Shown: one piece after another, positions 15,801-29,956 of the stretch
Numbering within the stretch: the stretch's first letter is position 1
Layout: each line of letters opens with the position of its first letter
NCBI GenBank assembly: GCA_002269645.1
Contig: NIVC01000094.1
Span: forward strand, 248,001-312,000
Direction: 5' to 3'
Length of the DNA: 64,000 nucleotides
Origin: Macrostomum lignano
Taxonomy: Eukaryota
Made by a program: the position numbers and the translations under genes
Notes under the pieces: model-generated
What the model was told of the DNA's origin: nothing
The model's input: only the letters and a program-made list of their open reading frames with translations
Database searches by the model: none

Positions 15801-17223
15801 CCCAGTACAATTGCAAACCAATATTGCAAAATAAGTATCATAAATATAAATTTTCCCCAGCTGAGAAGAGCTTCCCACTTTGAACTTCCCAGTGTATATA
15901 AAATAGTATAATAGCAGTATTTAATTGTAGCAATTTTTTTATGGATAATTGACCATATTCTAGCTAGTTTTATATTGCCCTTATGCGTGACAAAACAGGC
16001 ATTTTTACAGATTTTTTGTGACTTTGTGAATAACTTGATAAGATAGTCTATTTTGCTGATTGACCTACAGTCAAGCTGCCACCCAAACCTACTCCCCCCA
16101 TGTCCCCTCAACCATGAAGGATTCAAAGAGGCTCTGGCCGCCAAAGTCTATGGCCAGCCACTGATTGGCCGCCTGTCCGAGGCCGTCCAGGAGCACTGGA
16201 ACAACAGGCACCCGGCCAAGGCTCTGGTGCTGTCACTGCACGGGCCCACTGGCACGGGAAAGAATTACGCAGTGCGCATCCTGGCCGATCACCTGTTCAA
16301 GCGCGGCGGTCGGAGTCGATATTTTCATTTGTTCTCTGCTACAGTGCATTTTCCTCACTCGAGGCTGCTGGACACTTACGCGGTTGGTTTGATTCGGTTT
16401 CAACTCTTTTAGTAAAGTTCATGTCAGTGCTACTCGTAGAATTGATGCAGAACTTATTAGCATTAGATTCTAAACGATGACAGAATAATAGTCTATGACC
16501 TAGGATAGAATGGCAGTCTATGACCTATGATAGAATGGTAGCACATGACCTATGATAGAATGGCAGTCTATGACCTATGATAGAATGGCAGTCTATGACC
16601 TATGATAGAATGGCAATCTATGACCTATGATAGAATAGCAGTCTATGACCTATGATAAAATGGCAGTCTATGACCTATGATAGAATGGCAGTCTATGACC
16701 TATGATAGTGGTAGTCTTTGACTTATGGTAGAATGGTAGTTAATCACCTATAGTAGACTGGTTGGAATATGACCTATGATAGAGTGGTAGTTTAAAGAAT
16801 AACAGTGCTGGCTCTAGTTTATGATCGAATTAAAACAGCGGTATATAAGAATAAAATTCGTCAAAATTCATTGTTACATGTAGAACAGAACTAAAGAACT
16901 ACAGCTAAATAAAAATTTTACAATCAAATAAGTTGGCATTTTTGACCTTCAATTGTTTATCCTAAATACGCCGCCAGGACCAGATACACGAATGGGTCCG
17001 GGGCAACGTGTCTCTCTGCGGCAAGTCCGTGTTTGTATTCGACGAGATTGACAAGATGCCGCACTCGCTGCTTGACGTGCTCAAACCTTTTGTTGATTAT
17101 CATGAGCACATCAATGGCATTGACTATCGGCGGGCCATCTTTATCTTTCTCAGGTAATACTTCTAGCTATGTAACTCTATCCATCTGTAATATCTATCCA
17201 TCCATCTATCTGTCCATCTATCC

Positions 17224-17302
<79 letters not shown>

Positions 17303-17318
17303 ATCTATCTATCTATCC

Positions 17319-17361
<43 letters not shown>

Positions 17362-17398
17362 CATCTATCCATCTATCTATCTATCCATCCATCTATCC

Positions 17399-17429
<31 letters not shown>

Positions 17430-17610
17430 CATCTGTCCATCTATCCATCTATCTATCTATCCATCCATCTATCCATCCATCTATCCATCTATCTATCTAT
17501 CTATCCATCTATCTATCTATCTATCTATCCATCTGTCCATCTATCCATCTATCTATCCATCCATCTATCTGTCCATCTATCTGTCCATCTATCCATCCAT
17601 CTATTTATCC

Positions 17611-17665
<55 letters not shown>

Positions 17666-17866
17666 CATCTGTCCATCTATCCATCTATCTATCTATCCAT
17701 CCATCTATCCATCTATCCATCTATCTATCTATCTATCCATCTGTCCATCTATCCATCTATCTATCTATCCATCCATCTATCCATCCATCCATCCATCTAT
17801 CCATCTATCCATCTATCTATCTATCCATCCATCTATCCATCCATCTATCCATCTATCTATCTATCC

Positions 17867-17897
<31 letters not shown>

Positions 17898-18570
17898 CAT
17901 CCATCTATCCATCTATCCATCTATCCATCCATCTATCCATCTATCCATCTATCTATCTATCCATCTATTTATCTATCCATCAATCAACCAAAAAATATAC
18001 TGCTCCCGGCCGCAGCAACAGCGGTAGCGAGCTCATCATGCGCCGCATGGTTGAACTGAAGCGATCCGGTCACGACCGTTCTGACACGTCTAATATGGCC
18101 AAGTTTGACCACCTGCTGTCCGAGCATGTCTACTCTGATAATAGTAGTAAGTTTTTTGGATTCATTTTTCGTTACGTAGAATCGCGATTATATCCAGCTC
18201 CGAATCGTTGAGCTAGTAGAAGCCTTCTGATCTGAAAAGGCCTTCAAATTTACGCTTGAAAATGGTCGTGTTTTTGACCTGGAGTTTGTCTACTTTAACT
18301 GTGTCCGCAGGTGCGCTGCGTTCCAGCGCCCTACTCCAGCATCACCTGGTGTCACGCTTCATCCCGTTCCTGCCGCTGGAGCGAGATCACGTGATCGGCT
18401 GCATCAAGGACTACCTGAAAGCCAGTCAACCTGCTCATACGGGCGAGAAAGACCTGGTCGACCGGGTGCTGAACGAGCTGCCCTTTGTGCCAAATGATGA
18501 ACGATTCTTTTCAAGCGCCGGTTGCAAGCGTATTGTCGATAAGACTCTCATGGTTTTAAACGATTCCTGA
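12893..18570 (+). CDS. TOR1-like: Torsin family AAA+ ATPase, paralog 1 (346 aa). Exons 12893-13103, 16120-16382, 16978-17153, 18016-18146, 18311-18570
   Basis: Signal peptide plus hydrophobic segment and SCYFAECC. Walker [10 protein letters not shown], Walker [10 protein letters not shown], sensor-1 FLSNSG, sensor-2 SAGCKR. GT-AG introns in phases 1,0,2,1. The exons sum to 1041 nt in frame. Confidence 0.95.
16490..16790. repeat. 25-bp minisatellite in torsin-1 intron 2 (atagaatggcagtctatgacctatg)
   Basis: Tandem units visible. Confidence 0.9.
17176..17982. repeat. (TCTA/TCCA)n microsatellite filling torsin-1 intron 3
   Basis: Direct inspection. It lies between the donor at 17154 and the acceptor at 18015. 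Confidence 0.97.
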
Positions 18571-19599
18571 GGCTCTTTGCTATTGATATTGTTTTCAGCT
18601 TTGATAATTACTTGTGCTTTATAATACGGTGTGGTTATTCAGTTATTTTTCCCGGTTTTCAAAAACTTATTTGCGTGTAAATCTTATTATTTTGTTAACC
18701 CAAATGCGACCCAGCGTTGTTGTGTTGTACAAAGCCGCAAATTAAATACACTGCTTTATAGAAACAGCGACTAGCGTTTCTGTATGCAGTCCCAAAATAG
18801 ATTATACCTAAATCAATAACGTTTATAAAGAAAAGTAAGAAACTTATTTGGGTTCTCTGTTCATTTTAAAAGCTTTTATTCTTTTTTCATTTGTTTTATG
18901 AGCTGGGTTTGGGTTGGGTTGTAATTTTGTTTGAAACTTTGTTTTAACCAAACGTTCATTGGCCAGAAAATTAATGGGCTTACATGTGTAAAAAGAGTTA
19001 TATCAAAATTTAACATAGCACAGGTTGTTCAGAAGTATATATATGTTCAAGTGCTTCTGAACTTAGTACTGTGGATGCTTTTACTCGCAGGTGCTTATGT
19101 CTTTTATACCACGGTTATGGGGTTTCAAACGAACCAAAATTTTCGCCAAACTCCATATGTGCACCCGTGTGTTTGCGTAAAATCAATGAGCACAGCACGA
19201 CTGAAGTTACTTAATTTTTAGTATAATGGATATACGGTATGACAGGATAACTGGTTAATATATGTACATAAAGCAGTAAAATTAATTCGTCAATAATTAA
19301 TAGCAATTAATAATATCATTATTTACAAATTTCAATTTATTTGAAATGCATTACACGAGATTTAAGAGCCCAAAATCGCATTTGACGCAACGCATGCATA
19401 ATGGATACTAAGTTTTGTTATTCTCAATATATATCGATATAATTTGCGTACGACTTTAACTTAGAACCTTGAAACTAATTTAATGTATTAGTATTAGTAA
19501 TTAGATACAATATTTTTGGAGTTTCTTAGTTGTATTTACTTACATAAGCTTAAACTGTCCAACCGTAGAAGTGATCCTTGCTCTCAGTTTTAATTGAAG

Positions 19600-22500
19600 A
19601 TGAAGGTTATTTACTCCTTAACGTTTTTATGCTTTTCAAATTCAATTATAGCATCATTTTTAATATTTCTCACTCTTGGGCAATTATACAGTTCACTCGA
19701 CGATGAAGAAATTTGTGACTCTATGTGGATAAGTTTCAATCACACAGGTAACTATTTAAATTTATTTTGGGCACAAAAATTTTGTTAAAAGTTAACACCA
19801 TACTTTGTGTTTTTATGCTAAGAAAATTTATATTACACATAGTCCTGTCTATGAATATCTTGAATTCAGAAGAGCTAAGTTGTATGAAAAAAATGCACTA
19901 TTTTTAAATATATATATATTACTTTATCTTTAGAATTTCAATAGCAGATACTTTATTGGTTTTATATTCATTTTTATAAGTAAAAATCTATGGACAAAGA
20001 GGGCTGAATTCTCAACATTATTTTAAATGTAACATTCTCAACAGAAGATCCAATAATTTTTTAATAGAAGCATAATAACAAAAATATAATTTTTTTGTTT
20101 TAGTCAATGTTGTCTTATATATATAAAAATGCACATACTTTGAAGTCTTATTGAAAAAACAATTGCCAGAGTTTCTATATTGAATTGATGTTAGAGAATT
20201 ATTGCAACTTTATAAATGAAAACCTTGCTAGTGATTGATTCCAATATATATTCATTAGAAATAATAATTTGAATTTTAAAAGGGACTTTTGCCAGTTTAT
20301 AATATGATAGTATTCTTAATTTAGTATCACTGCAACATTTTGTTTTACTACAGGATTCAAAGAGGCTCTTGACACCAAAGTTTATGGACAGCCATTGGTT
20401 GGTCTCGCAAATGCTGTCTGGCACCACTGGAATGACAAGCAGTCAGCCAAAGCTCTCGTGCTGTCTCTGCATGGCCCTACAGGCACTGGCAAGAACTATG
20501 TGGCCAGAATTCTGGCGAATCATCTGTACACAAGGGGCACAAAAAGCAACTTCTACCGACTATTCCATGCCGCTGTGCATTTCCCTCATAAGAGTCGGTT
20601 GGAAACATACATGGTTGGTTTTCTTAGCAAGCCTTTTGATTTTCTTCTAATCTGTCAGAATCTCTGCTGCACTCAGCATCGGCTTGGATTCTCAATTCAA
20701 ACCATTGCTCTACAGGATCCTCAGTTGCTAGACCTCCCAAATCTTCAGTTGCCAGGCCACTGCCGACCTTTCAGATCCTCAGTTGCTGGGTTGCAGACGC
20801 TCTCAGATCTTCAGTTGCTGGATTGCAGACGCTCTCTCAGATCTTCAGTTGCTGGGTTGCAGACGCTCTCTCAGATCCTATCAGTTGCTGGGTTGCAGAC
20901 GCTCCCTCAGATCTTCAGTTGCTGCGTTTCAGACGCTCTCTCAGATCCTCAGTTGCTGGGTTGCAGACGCTCCCTCAGATCTTCAGTTGCTGCGTTTCAG
21001 ACGCTCTCTCAGATCCTCAGTTGCTGGGTTGCAGACGCTCTCTCAGATCCTATCAGTTGCTGGGTTGCAGACGCTCCCTCAGATCTTCAGTTGCTGCGTT
21101 TCAGACGCTCTCTCAGATCCTCAGTTGCTGGGTTGCAGACGCTCTCTCAGATCCTATCAGTTGCTGGGTTGCAGACGCTCTCTGAGATCCTATCAGTTGC
21201 TGGGTTGCAGACGCTCTCTGAGATCCTATCAGTTGCTGGGTTGCAGACGCTCTCTGAGATCCTATCAGTTGCTGGGTTGCAGACGCTCTCTGAGATCCTA
21301 TCAGTTGCTGGGTTGCAGACGCTCTCTGAGATCCTATCAGTTGCTGGGTTGCAGACGCTCTCTGAGGTCCTATCAGTTGCTGGGTTGCAGACGCTCTCTG
21401 AGATCCTATCAGTTGCTGGGTTGCAGATGCTCTCTCAGATCTTCAGTTGCTGGGTTGCAGACGCTCTCTCAGATCTTCAGTTGCTGGGTTGCAGACGCTC
21501 TCTGAAATCCTATCAGTTGCTGGGTTGCAGACGCTCTCTGAAATCCTATCAGTTGCTGGGTTGCAGCAGACGCTCTCTGAGATCCACAGTTGCTGGGTTG
21601 GCTACCGCCACCGTCCAAGATCTTCAGTTGCTGGGCCACTGCCACCCTTCCAGATCCTCAGTTGCTGAGCAACCATCGCCCTCCAGTTAGTTCTTCAGTT
21701 GCCGGGCCGCTGCCGACCTCCCAAATTTTCACTTGCTGAGCAACCATCGCCCTCCCAAATTCTCAGTTCCTGGGTTGCCGACGCTCTCCCAGATCCGTAA
21801 ATCGCCCCTAGAGTTTTACTTCTAGACCGACTTCATGGTCTACTCGTAGTTTATAAGCTATTTTAAGTGGCTTAAATTGAGCAATCTGGCCAGACATCTC
21901 CCACTGCTGCGTATTTCCCAGAGCGAGCTCCAAGAGTGGGTGCAGGGCAACGTGTCCCGTTGCTCGAAGTCCATGTTCGTCTTTGACGAATTCGACAAGA
22001 TCCCGCACGGCCTGGCGCTGCTCGACGCCCTCAAACCTTTCTTAGACCACAACGACCACATCGGCGGAGTCGACTATCGCCGGGCCATCTTCATCTTTCT
22101 TCGGTAAATTCGAGCGAAAAATTTTATAAGGCCGTCCTGTAGATATGAAAACTTTCTAGAAAGTCCTAATTTGCAACAGAATCTGATGGTCGTGGTAGCT
22201 GCATTTGAAACAAATAAAATCCAGATAGATATTCTGAGTTTGTTATACTTTTTTGTATTTTTCAGAAACGACGGTAGCGACCTGATAATGAGCCACATGG
22301 TCGAGCAGAAGCGACTGGGACGCAAACGCTACGATATCTACACAGATTTTGACAACCTGCTATCCAAGCACCTTGAATCCGAGGCCAAACGTACGAATTC
22401 TTTTCTCCACTGTGTTTTAAGTTAAACTTCTACAAAACCGAAAATTACCTCACGATTGAAGTATCTCTATGAAAACTATCAAAATTTACAAATGGAGAAT

Positions 22501-23160
22501 CCCCATAGAAGTTCACAATGTAAATTCCTGCATGAATCGAAAACAAAACCGTGGAAATTTCTTAGCAGAAATAGAATAGATAACTGTAAAGCTATAAAGA
22601 GGATGTCAGCCTCTCTCCACCTAATCGACGATGGATGTCGCTGTAAATTGGGTAAGTTTGCAATCTACCGACGGATAACGACGTCATACGTCGGCTGAAA
22701 CGTCGTTGAATTGTTAAAACCACCCATTTGCCAGAGACATCCATTGACGCTGACGTCGGATTGCTGCACGGGTTTAAGGTAACGTCCCTTTGAGGGCAAA
22801 ATAAACAAGAAAACTCAGTAACTCGAGTCCGCTCTGCGAACCGCAGGCAGCCAGCAACCAGGCGCTTTACTCTACCACAGCCTGGTGTCGCAATTCATTC
22901 CGCTCCTGCCTCTCGAGAAAGATCACGTGGCCGGCTGTATAGATGACTACCTACTGGATAATCAGCCAGACTATCTGATCCCGACCTGCTTTATCGACCG
23001 CGTGCTGGCCGACATTGATTTTCAGCCCAAAGTCGAGCGCTACTTCGCCTCCTCCGGCTGCAAGCGGGTCATCGAAAAGACGCAGTTCATTCTGGAGCGG
23101 GAGCGAATCGACCTCAAGCGAAAGCGAGAGGCGCGAAAGAAAGAGAAATTATATCTGTGA
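19600..23160 (+). CDS. TOR1-like: Torsin family AAA+ ATPase, paralog 2 (342 aa). Exons 19600-19747, 20354-20613, 21922-22103, 22266-22390, 22847-23160
   Basis: WISFNHTG exon-1 end, [29 protein letters not shown]. Intron phases match paralog 1 and the exons sum to 1029 nt in frame. The start codon is less certain. Confidence 0.92.
20712..21795. repeat. ~34-35-bp minisatellite in torsin-2 intron 2 (cagacgctctctcagatcctatcagttgctgggttg)
   Basis: Tandem units. The repeat explains the read-through ORF 20395-21690. Confidence 0.95.
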
Positions 23161-24406
23161 TCGTTTAATCAGTAGCTTCGAAGTCTATTGTGACTTAATT
23201 AACACTACGATTGTAAATTGAGAAATTATTGTCGATTCTAGCTGGCTAATGCTTGTTTAGCTTTTGATTATTCTTTAGATTATCTCCAAAAGTAAGCAGA
23301 CAATTGATGTGTACAATTAAGTCATAGGACGCTGAAATGCTTCAAGATAATGCAATTTTTCGTGATAAATTAAATGTGATCAGTGTATCGCCTGAAGATG
23401 TCCAGTTGTGTGGCAATCGTATGGCAACGTATCAAGTCAATTCAATAAAAATATTCGAGTCGAACAAAGGTTTTTATCTTGTTTTTTGCATTCTACTTTT
23501 TATTATTACTGTTAATCACTCACGGTGAGGGTGCTGACTTTTCTTTTAATAATATTCGAAGCAAACTAATCTATCTATCCAAAGAAATACAAATGCTAGT
23601 GGATAAATAATTTTTGTGTCATTTTTTTCATGTGTTAAAATTTCGTGTGCAAACAGAGTTACTGGAATTTAGCTCGTTCCTTATGACTTAAACGTATTTT
23701 TAATATGAGCGTATGTAACGATGTTGATACGAGCTATTTATTTCTGAAAATATTCTAGTGTTATTAATGCCCTTTTAGTATTATATTATTAATCTAACTA
23801 CTATTTATTAAACGAATCTTAAATTTATTCTATATTTATACATAAAATTTGTCTTACTGTATCATTCATAGAAATACGGGTATTGCATTATTTAAAAGTG
23901 GGTTATATCGCATTTTTGTTCTCTAGTGTTCTTGTCTCGCTGGGCTCGTGTGTGCTGTTGGTTTGTCCGCCGCGTTGTGCCTATTCGCCATACTTAGTAC
24001 TTACTACCAATAATTTAACAGCAACAGTTAACTCCTGTCTTCAAATAAATAATATAATACGGTTAAATACCATCAGTCGAAGTTAAAATTCTAAACTTTC
24101 TTGCTACGTAGACTCATTTATTGATAAGTGCATAGCCGTCAGCACCGAACAAGAAGGGTCGCGTCACACGTACGTTTGGCTAATATCTACAAGTGGTTCT
24201 AAAAATGGTTCTGAATAAATAATGCTTCTATTATAATTCACTATTTATTCATCATTTTTGTAGAGCCACTTGAAAGATCATAAATGAATTCGACACGCCT
24301 CAGGGACGTTCATACAACCTAAAGGGATCCGTATTGGATACCTAACTTTCCATTGCAGGGATATACTTTCATGTAATTGGATATACAATTTTGTTGTACG
24401 GGAATT

Positions 24407-24483
24407 CACCCCAGTGCGCCAATCAGCACTGCGCCTCAGTGCGACCTTGCCAAGCCTCCAATTTTCATCAGCACGTCGACCAC
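24407..24483. repeat. 77-bp duplicated intergenic element, copy 1
   Basis: 71/77 identical by eye to 31277-31353. Contains gccaatcag and a cactg-N5-cagtg inverted repeat. Confidence 0.85.
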
Positions 24484-25800
24484 ATGTGTCTGCATGATCA
24501 GAGCTCTGACTTCGGCGACCATGCCTGCTGCCTCCCCCCCCAGGCGGCCAGTTTCTGGTGGACCTTCAACAGGTGGCACCAGGTGAGTACTGTAAAATAT
24601 ATAGGCACCTGCGAATCGCGAATTTCTCTAGTTACGCTGATCAAGCCTATAGTATTATTAATGAGTATTTTTCAGCTGCTGAACATCCTCAACCTATACA
24701 TGTACGTACATATGTCTCGTAGTTTCAAGCATTCCATCATGATCACCAGCCGACGCCTTCGGTACCTTCAATAAATGGCATCAGGGTGACGACGACCATA
24801 TGACATGAACATCGACCTGTTGTGCATTCTCTAGCCACTTTCGATCCTGATCTGTTTTATTTGTGTCAGATCAGCATCCTGCACGACCATTTCTATCATG
24901 TACGCATGTTCTCAATTAATTCATATAATATTAAATGTATCACTTTGCAAAACGTTTTCGATTCCGCATGGGTGTGCACAATTATTATTGTTCCTCTCCT
25001 AATTTTGGAAAAAATTTTCTACAAACATTTGCTCGAGGAGTATAGTGTACGTTTTATACATTCTGAATTTTTAAACCGGCCACTATAGTCAATCAATAAG
25101 CAAACGCGTAATTGATATGTGACATCGAGTTAGAGTGCTGGAACGGAAATAATCAGAAGCAAGCATTATTGACTTATTGAAAATGCATGTTTTATATTTA
25201 TGTGCATACCTGATAAACATGCATACACATGTCACACGCAGTACTCAGTTTATCGGGGTAGTATAGTACATCATGCAACGTAAAAAGTGAATTTTTTATT
25301 TTGACATAGAATCTTGACAAATAGAGAGTTTTTTTTCATTATTTTAATTTTTTTAATTTTCCCGAGCCCGAGTTAATTTCATCCCATTCCGAACGGCCCT
25401 TTTGAAGGCGCTTTGCACCCATTATTCCGTCCTAAATTTTTCAGGTCCACATAATAATTGTTCATAAAAAACTTAAAAAGTTTTTGAAAGTTCTTAAATT
25501 TGATTGTATTAACGTTATGAAATCTTTTAATTTATCTTTGTTACATTTTCTGTTTTGTTAGTAATCACCGCGGCGTCAAATTTTAACTTGGTACCTCGTT
25601 TTCATTTTCTCTAAATTAAATTAATAATTAAATTTGGTGTAATTAGGTTAGGTTTAATTTCTGTAACTCTGTTTTGGTAGTTTCTCAAGCAAAGGTTAAA
25701 GCTTTTGTGAATAGCAGACAATATGATCATATCAAATTAAGAGATTTCTTTCTCGTTCGAACTCAAAGTCGTTTTCAAATAAATAGCATCAGGCAACGAA

Positions 25801-28510
25801 ATGCAAACTTCGTTCACGAGTTTCATTAGTTTTAGTATATTTAATGCAGTTCTTAATTTCGGAAAATCGAGAAAAATTTCTTGCAAAAGCACCCAATATT
25901 CTACTATTGTTAAGACCTCATTGTTTTTGTCTATTTGTTTTGCTTTTGGAAGTGCTCAATTTTCTAACAGTTCAAGTGAGGATTATGAAACCTGCACAAG
26001 TCCATGGGTTGATTTTAATTTCACAGGTAGGCCTAATATTTACTTTGGAGTTATTTTTTGTTAATTTATCAAATATATAATACAAAATATTCCTAAATAT
26101 AATATAGCTTTAAAAACTGCAGGAGGTATGGCTAATTAAGATAGCTAAAAATCAATACATTAATTTCTATTATTTGTTCATTTGCTGATAAAGTGTTAAA
26201 CACAACTTTCAGTTTTGTTCTATTAAAATAAAAAAGAATTAAACATGCATAACAAAAATTGTTTATAATTAATATGCAATTATTTATTTAAAGGAATTTT
26301 TTTCTTTCCTAGGTTTTAAAGAAGCCTTGGTCAACAGAGTGTATGGACAACCATTAACTGGGCTAGCAGAGGCCATCCAGCAACATTGGAATGATAGTCA
26401 GGCAGCCAAAGCTCTTGTGATATCAATGCATGGCCCCACAGGCACTGGCAAAAACTATGTATGCCAGATCATGGCAAATCATTTATACAAAGAAGGAACA
26501 AGAAGCCAGTTCTACCACTTGTACCCAGCAACTTTGCACTTCCACCAGAGCAGTCAGCTGCTCAATTATATGGTTGGTAAACTTATTTTTTTTATGAAAA
26601 AATCAACTAGAGTGATAGGCTAACATGATGCAGATAGCAGCTAGCACAAAAGTTATTTTTCAATTTCTTAGAACTTGTTGTATTGTATCTAGAATATTTA
26701 CTTGTTAAGTGGCCTATGAGGCAAATGTGGGGCTACAGCAGACCAGACATTATCCAGAAACAATTTTCAGAATAAATATAACCTATGAGGATATCTTATA
26801 TTTTTAGATGCAGGGAGCATGTGGGCAGGTTTAAGCGACATTGTCACACAACCGGCGATAGGCATTAGTGCCCCTGAGCAGGCTCCACTGACTCCCCTGA
26901 GCAATCACACGAGCACGTAGATACTTATGCATTCATACGCTCAGGCACAGGCCCCGACTTTCTAATCATCAGGCATGTACACCCTGTGCCTTGGAGGTGG
27001 GTGCCCTTAAGGGCATCAATTGCATAAGCAGACGCAAGCCGAGATTCCGATTTAGCCTTAAATTAATGTTGACTAAGAAAGTGACCAATAAGAGCTGGAC
27101 CAATAAGAGCTGGACCAATAAGAGCTGGAGCAATAAGAGCTGGACCAATAAGAGCTGGACCAATAAGAGCTGGACCAATAAGAGCTGGACCAATAAGAGC
27201 TGGACCAATAAGAGCTGGACCAATAAGAGCTGGACCAATAAGAGCTGGACCAATAAGAGCTGGACCAATAAGAGCTGGACCAATAAGAGCTGGACCAATA
27301 AGAGCTAGACCAATAAGAGCTGGACCAATAAGAGCTGGACCAATAAGAGCTGGACCAATAAGAGCTGGACCAATAAGAGCTGGACCAATAAGAGCTGGAC
27401 TACTGGGCTACGCACCCCTAAGACATCCGCTTTACGTGACGTGACTTATTTAAAGTATCAACTACGTAAGCCAAATAATCATAGTAATTATAACGTACTC
27501 TATTACACATATTAAAGCTTGTTTACAAACTTATAAACAATCTCACACCCTATGGAACTTGTCAGAACCGACTTCATTCCTGGATCCGGGGCAATGTGAC
27601 CCGCTGCCCCAGGTCGGTGTTCGTGTTCGACGAGGTTGACAAAATGCCCTTCAGGCTTCTTGACTCGCTGCAACCGCTACTCGACTACCACGAGACCGAC
27701 CAGGTGTTCCACACGTTGGATTTTCGCAGCGCAATTTTCATATTTCTTTTGTGAGACTCACTGACACTGCTGTGACTGTGCTGCTAACTACTTTAAGTAG
27801 TAGGCTGAGAATCAACTTTGACCCAAATTTTCTAACCCGAATTGCAGCAACGAAGGCAGCAGCGCCATCGAGCAGCACATGCTGGAGCAGAAGAGGCTGA
27901 ATCGAAACCGAAGCGATGCTTACAGCAGCTTCAGTTTGAAAAATCAGCTGATCAAGTACCTGCATACACAGAGTGAGCTCAGCTCTGCTTTTTATTGGTA
28001 GATTGATAGACAGACAGACACTACAGACAGACACTATAGACACTATGACAGACAGACACTAAGACAGACAGACACTAAGACAGACAGACACTAAGACAGA
28101 CAGACACTAAGACACATAGACAGACAGACAGACAGACACATACACACATCACTATACCACGTACCACAGGCTCCGTGCGTGACAGCGCCGTCTTCCAGCA
28201 GAACCTGGTGTCGCACTATGTCCCGTTCCTGCCGCTGGAGCGGGAGCACGTGACCGGCTGCATAGAGGACTACCTGCGAGCCAGCCAGCCCAACTACCTG
28301 GCCGCGCAGCGTCGGCAGCTGTTTATCGATCGGGTGCTGAAGCAGCTTCGATTCAAGCCGGAGAATGAGCGATTCTTCTCCGAGTCAGGCTGCAAGATGG
28401 TCATCAGCAAGGCACAGTTCGTGCAGAGCATGTTGGAGGATGAAGCAGACAGAGAGAAGAGCGGAGATGCGGACATGTCGAGAGCAAAATCAAAGAGGAA
28501 AGCTATTTAG
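25801..28510 (+). CDS. TOR1-like: Torsin family AAA+ ATPase, paralog 3 (378 aa). Exons 25801-26026, 26313-26572, 27566-27750, 27848-27972, 28170-28510
   Basis: [37 protein letters not shown]. Intron phases 1,0,2,1, with 1137 nt in frame. N-terminal start uncertain. Confidence 0.92.
27083..27400. repeat. 15-bp minisatellite (accaataagagctgg) in torsin-3 intron 2
   Basis: About 21 near-perfect copies, each containing CCAAT. Confidence 0.95.
28007..28140. repeat. (AGAC)n / agacagacacta repeat in torsin-3 intron 4
   Basis: Direct inspection. Confidence 0.85.
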
Positions 28511-28585
28511 CTACGCAGTATTTTTATTGAGTTAAAAATTTTTAGCGCTAAACTTGGAACTTCAAGGTGGAAACTCAAGCTTATC

Positions 28586-28803
28586 TTAAGCATGGGATAT
28601 CCCTATCTAAAGCATGGGATTCCCCTATTTCAAGCATGGGATCCCCCTATCTAAAGCATGGGATTCCCCTATTTCAAGCATGGGATTCCCCAATCTCAAG
28701 CATGGTATTCCCTTATCTCAAGCATGGGATTCCCCTATCTGAAACCTGGGATTCCCCTATCTGAAACATGGGATTCCCCAATCTGAAGCATGGGATTCCC
28801 CTA
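28586..28803. repeat. 22-bp minisatellite (aagcatgggattcccctatct[c/a]), 10 copies
   Basis: Tandem units. Seven copies contain GGGATTCCCC. Confidence 0.93.
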
Positions 28804-29269
28804 TAAGGACGGGAATGATCCAAGCCGTGCCATTTTGATGGTTTTTAGGCACAGGACATGTACATCTAAGGATCAACACTGCCTCCTATCGAAAGCAATC
28901 GAAATATCGAAAAATCGAAAAATATCGAAAAATATCGAAATATCGAAATAGCAATAACAACATGAGTAGTCGTTGGTTTCTACCTGCACAATTATTGATT
29001 ACATATACCTTTAACTTACCGACTTCATTAAGTTCTGATCTTGGTAGTCGGTTGTCAATGTTGCCAATATTCGATAATTGAAAAATACATGGTGGTACGA
29101 GCTCGAATCATGAATTTCCTCTTGAATAAGTGCAATGCCAGATTTAACAATTAGACTCTGCCTGAAAATATAATATTTTTTACAAATGGTAGCGTGAGAT
29201 CAAAGGCAGTAATCAATCTATTCATTAGTGAAAATGAGCATAGGGAGCGCAACCTAAGTTGAGCTGTGT

Positions 29270-29635
29270 GGACCCTGGAGTTGCAGGACAGGACCAACAG
29301 CGGCAGCTGCTCCTTCAAGCTGGACTCAGTCTCGGTGAACAGCCTCAGCAGCTGCAGCAGCGACTTGTTGCCGCACTATCCCAGGCCGTTTTCTTGGGGA
29401 TGGTAGGGCGTGATGCGGGTCTTCCATGGTGCCCCTGCGCTCGGGGCGTCTCCTGGAAGAGCACTGATCCAAGTGGATGACCAACGGAACTCCTAACAGG
29501 GAGAATGCCTTCAAGGCCGCTACTGCAGCTGTCTTAGCGGTCTGGTCTGGGATTGAACAGCTGTCAGGAACTTGGAGAACTGGTTCTGCACCGCCAGCAG
29601 GCAGCTGTTTCCTCGGTCTAATGGCGGTACCTTCT
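29270..29635 (-). pseudogene. Decayed Ty3/Gypsy-type integrase core fragment
   Basis: Reading across frameshifts gives GNSCLLAVQNQFSKF..., FSLLGVPLVIHLDQ, KTRITPYHP and NKSLLQLLR..LPLL, which are the rve core motifs in the expected order. Confidence 0.75.
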
Positions 29636-29956
29636 GCACGTCAATCAATATACCGTCTCTTCGAGCTGAATCTGAATGTTCTGAATGCTAAATTTTCTTC
29701 GGTTGGAAGGTTTGGTAGTCCCGGCCAGTACGCGGTCTGCTTCAGCGTGTCAGCCATCTCGATTTAAAGTGTCTCGATAATTCTCTGGTTTAAAGTGTCC
29801 GCCGATGAATGAATCGGAGGGATGCTGCATCCCGAATATAAATGCATATTCACTGGTTGCGGGCTCTTGTGAGGGCCGTACTATTTTTCCACCTCGCGCT
29901 AACCGTCTGAGTTTACTTACTACAGGCACCAATATACATGCATAGCGCCTGCGGTG

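Noticed and set aside
28493-28510. KxKxx ER-retrieval motif at the torsin-3 C-terminus (KRKAI)
   Set aside because: Dilysine signals work on cytosolic tails, whereas a torsin C-terminus is lumenal.
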